A stretch of DNA of 64,000 nt from Chrysomallon squamiferum (Eukaryota > Animalia > Mollusca): the NCBI GenBank assembly GCA_012295275.1, contig CM022665.1:23374001-23438000 (forward strand). The letters run 5' to 3'. The notes under the pieces were generated by a model. It had not been told where the DNA came from. It was given only the letters and a program-made list of their open reading frames with translations, and ran no database searches. Position numbers and translations under genes: made by a program. Shown here piece by piece: positions 61,932 through 64,000 of this stretch (position 1 is the first letter of the stretch; the number at the start of each line of letters is the position of its first letter).

Positions 61932-63887
61932 CATTCTTCTTTCATGTTATATATTCTAACCTTCATATTAGAATTAGCTCTTTTTGCCTTAAGAACTTTG
62001 TCAACACAAGAAAGTGAAATGGTAGCCCTAGTTTACGTTGGATCAAACCAAATACGTAACGGAAATATTGACCAAGAATTGCCACCATTCTGTTTTGTGT
62101 TTGCCGCGGGTTTTATTTGCAAAAGTGGAAAACTTGGGCAATTTCGCGACGCCTCATTTGCATTGCTTTCCCGCGCTTCAATAACAAATGGTGAGGCATT
62201 CAGATCGCCAAAACTCCATTAGTCGACAAGATAAAGATAGATAAATTTTGGACAGTTTCAAGTGGTTTGTCATTTAGATTAGTAAAAACATTTAAATAGA
62301 AGGGGGAAATTTATGATTACATACTAAAATCATATTACTGACGGTTTTTTTTTTTTTTTGGTTTCGTTGTTTCTTTGTTTGTTGTTGTTTTGCTTTTTTA
62401 ATAATCTCATATAAATAAATAATCATACTGCCATAGCGATTTTAATAAAATATATAAATAGCATAAGCAATGATATTGTTTCAAGATTATTGATTATATA
62501 ACAATTGAAAAACTCTGATTGTTGTATTCGTAAATGCAAAAGCAGTATATTAATACTGTAATAGGAACGATGAATTAGTATCAGTAGTAGAAGTAACAGA
62601 GAAGTAGTAATGGTAATAGCAATAGCGACAATCCGAAAAACAGAAAAGATAATAATGATAATAACAACAGCTATAGTGATAATAATAATAATTATAGATG
62701 ACGTTGTAATAAATGAATATTAATAATGGCATTAATAGAAAACTAAATAAATAATAATTTTAGAGAGTATCACATTTCAAGTATGTACAGATTTCAGTTG
62801 ATAGGACATACTGTCTTTACAGTTGTGGTATTCTACTCTACTGTCAGTAATCCCAGTATATATGATATTTATTTATTTATGTATTTATTTATTATTTTTA
62901 TTTTATTTTAGTTTTTATTTATTTATTTATTTATTTATTTATTTTATTTAATTTAATTTTGGTAAATTTTGTATTTGTCTTTGTCTTTTTTCGTCGAAGG
63001 ACAAATAAATTCAGAGTGAAATGTCAGGCCAAAGAATACGATAAAATATCAATTAATTCATTCACTGTCATATGCACTTCTTTTTCCTCTTTTTCTTTCA
63101 TTCTCTCATTTCTTTTCTTTTTCTCTTCGCTCCCGAGCGCAGGCTGTTCAATGTTTTTAACCTTTTGGATGATTGTGGGATTCAATTTTGATCACCCTAT
63201 CAAACGAACGACATAATGGTTTCTTTATTACATTTGACTGAAACCCAATCAGATTTGATCCCATGTCGCACGATCGATCATAATCCGTTTGAATAGCGTG
63301 CAACTGGAAACAAACAGAGCTTCATCGTCAGGCCTAATGCGCAAATGAGTAATATTTAATCTAATACACTGCTCGCTGAGAATGAATTGTAAACAAGAGA
63401 AATCCACTATTACCCTTTTGCTAACTCGTTCGACGTTGAGCACCGTCAGTGCTTCTTTGCCGTTTTCGCCAACGAACACTTTGGCTCATAAATGTGCTAA
63501 TCTCCACCACTTCGCTTCGATGCACAGATTTAACAAATTAAAGGTTCTTTGTAGGTTTCCGCCACCGGTCAAAATGTGCGCGGTTTTGTGTAGTGAAAGA
63601 AAGAAGGAAGGAAAACTGATTTCTTGAATATGTTTTCGTGATAAAATATTGGTGATGGTTTTGTTTACCATTTTGTTTAAGGTATAGATGAATATGGATA
63701 AGAACTGGATTTTTTTTTTTTTTTTTTTTATAAATAATTCGGTCGCAGTGACCAGATATATACAATACTGCTAACCTATCTAAACGGCTATATTTTGTTT
63801 CAAAATTCTGAATATGTTTTGCAAAATGTCTGTCTTTCTCGTCTTTTATTTTCTCTCTAGTTTTTGTCTGTCCTTTTTTTTTAACGT

Positions 63888-63890
<3 letters not shown>

Positions 63891-63954
<64 letters not shown>
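63891..63954. repeat. (CT)n microsatellite
   Basis: Seen directly. Confidence 0.95.
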
Positions 63955-63958
<4 letters not shown>

Positions 63959-64000
63959 GCCTCTCTATCTATGAATATGCCGACTGTGTTATGTTGAAGA

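Overview
Eukaryotic (animal) genomic DNA: very AT-rich, with short GT-AG introns and many microsatellites. The proteins look invertebrate; a mollusc or other lophotrochozoan is my inference. The first ~54 kb is a compact block of eight intact multi-exon genes in strictly alternating orientation: MIS18BP1/KNL2 (+), GSTZ1 (-), SEC23 (+), CHP1 (-), NDUFAF1 (+), GNPNAT1 (-), CRLS1 (+) and an ankyrin-repeat/SOCS-box gene (-). Three pairs are head-to-head. I spliced the exons by hand and all eight give open frames. The last ~10 kb has no recognisable coding exons; it holds CpG-retaining, complex, enhancer- or promoter-like islands between simple repeats. I found no rRNA, tRNA, CRISPR array, intact transposon or clearly new multi-gene system. 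The best leads are an apparently ancient microsyntenic block (GNPNAT1-CRLS1 predicts FERMT/BMP2-4 nearby), a candidate SEC23 microexon in a structured last intron, a frame-required GC-AG intron, and a GSTZ1 lacking both reactive cysteines.
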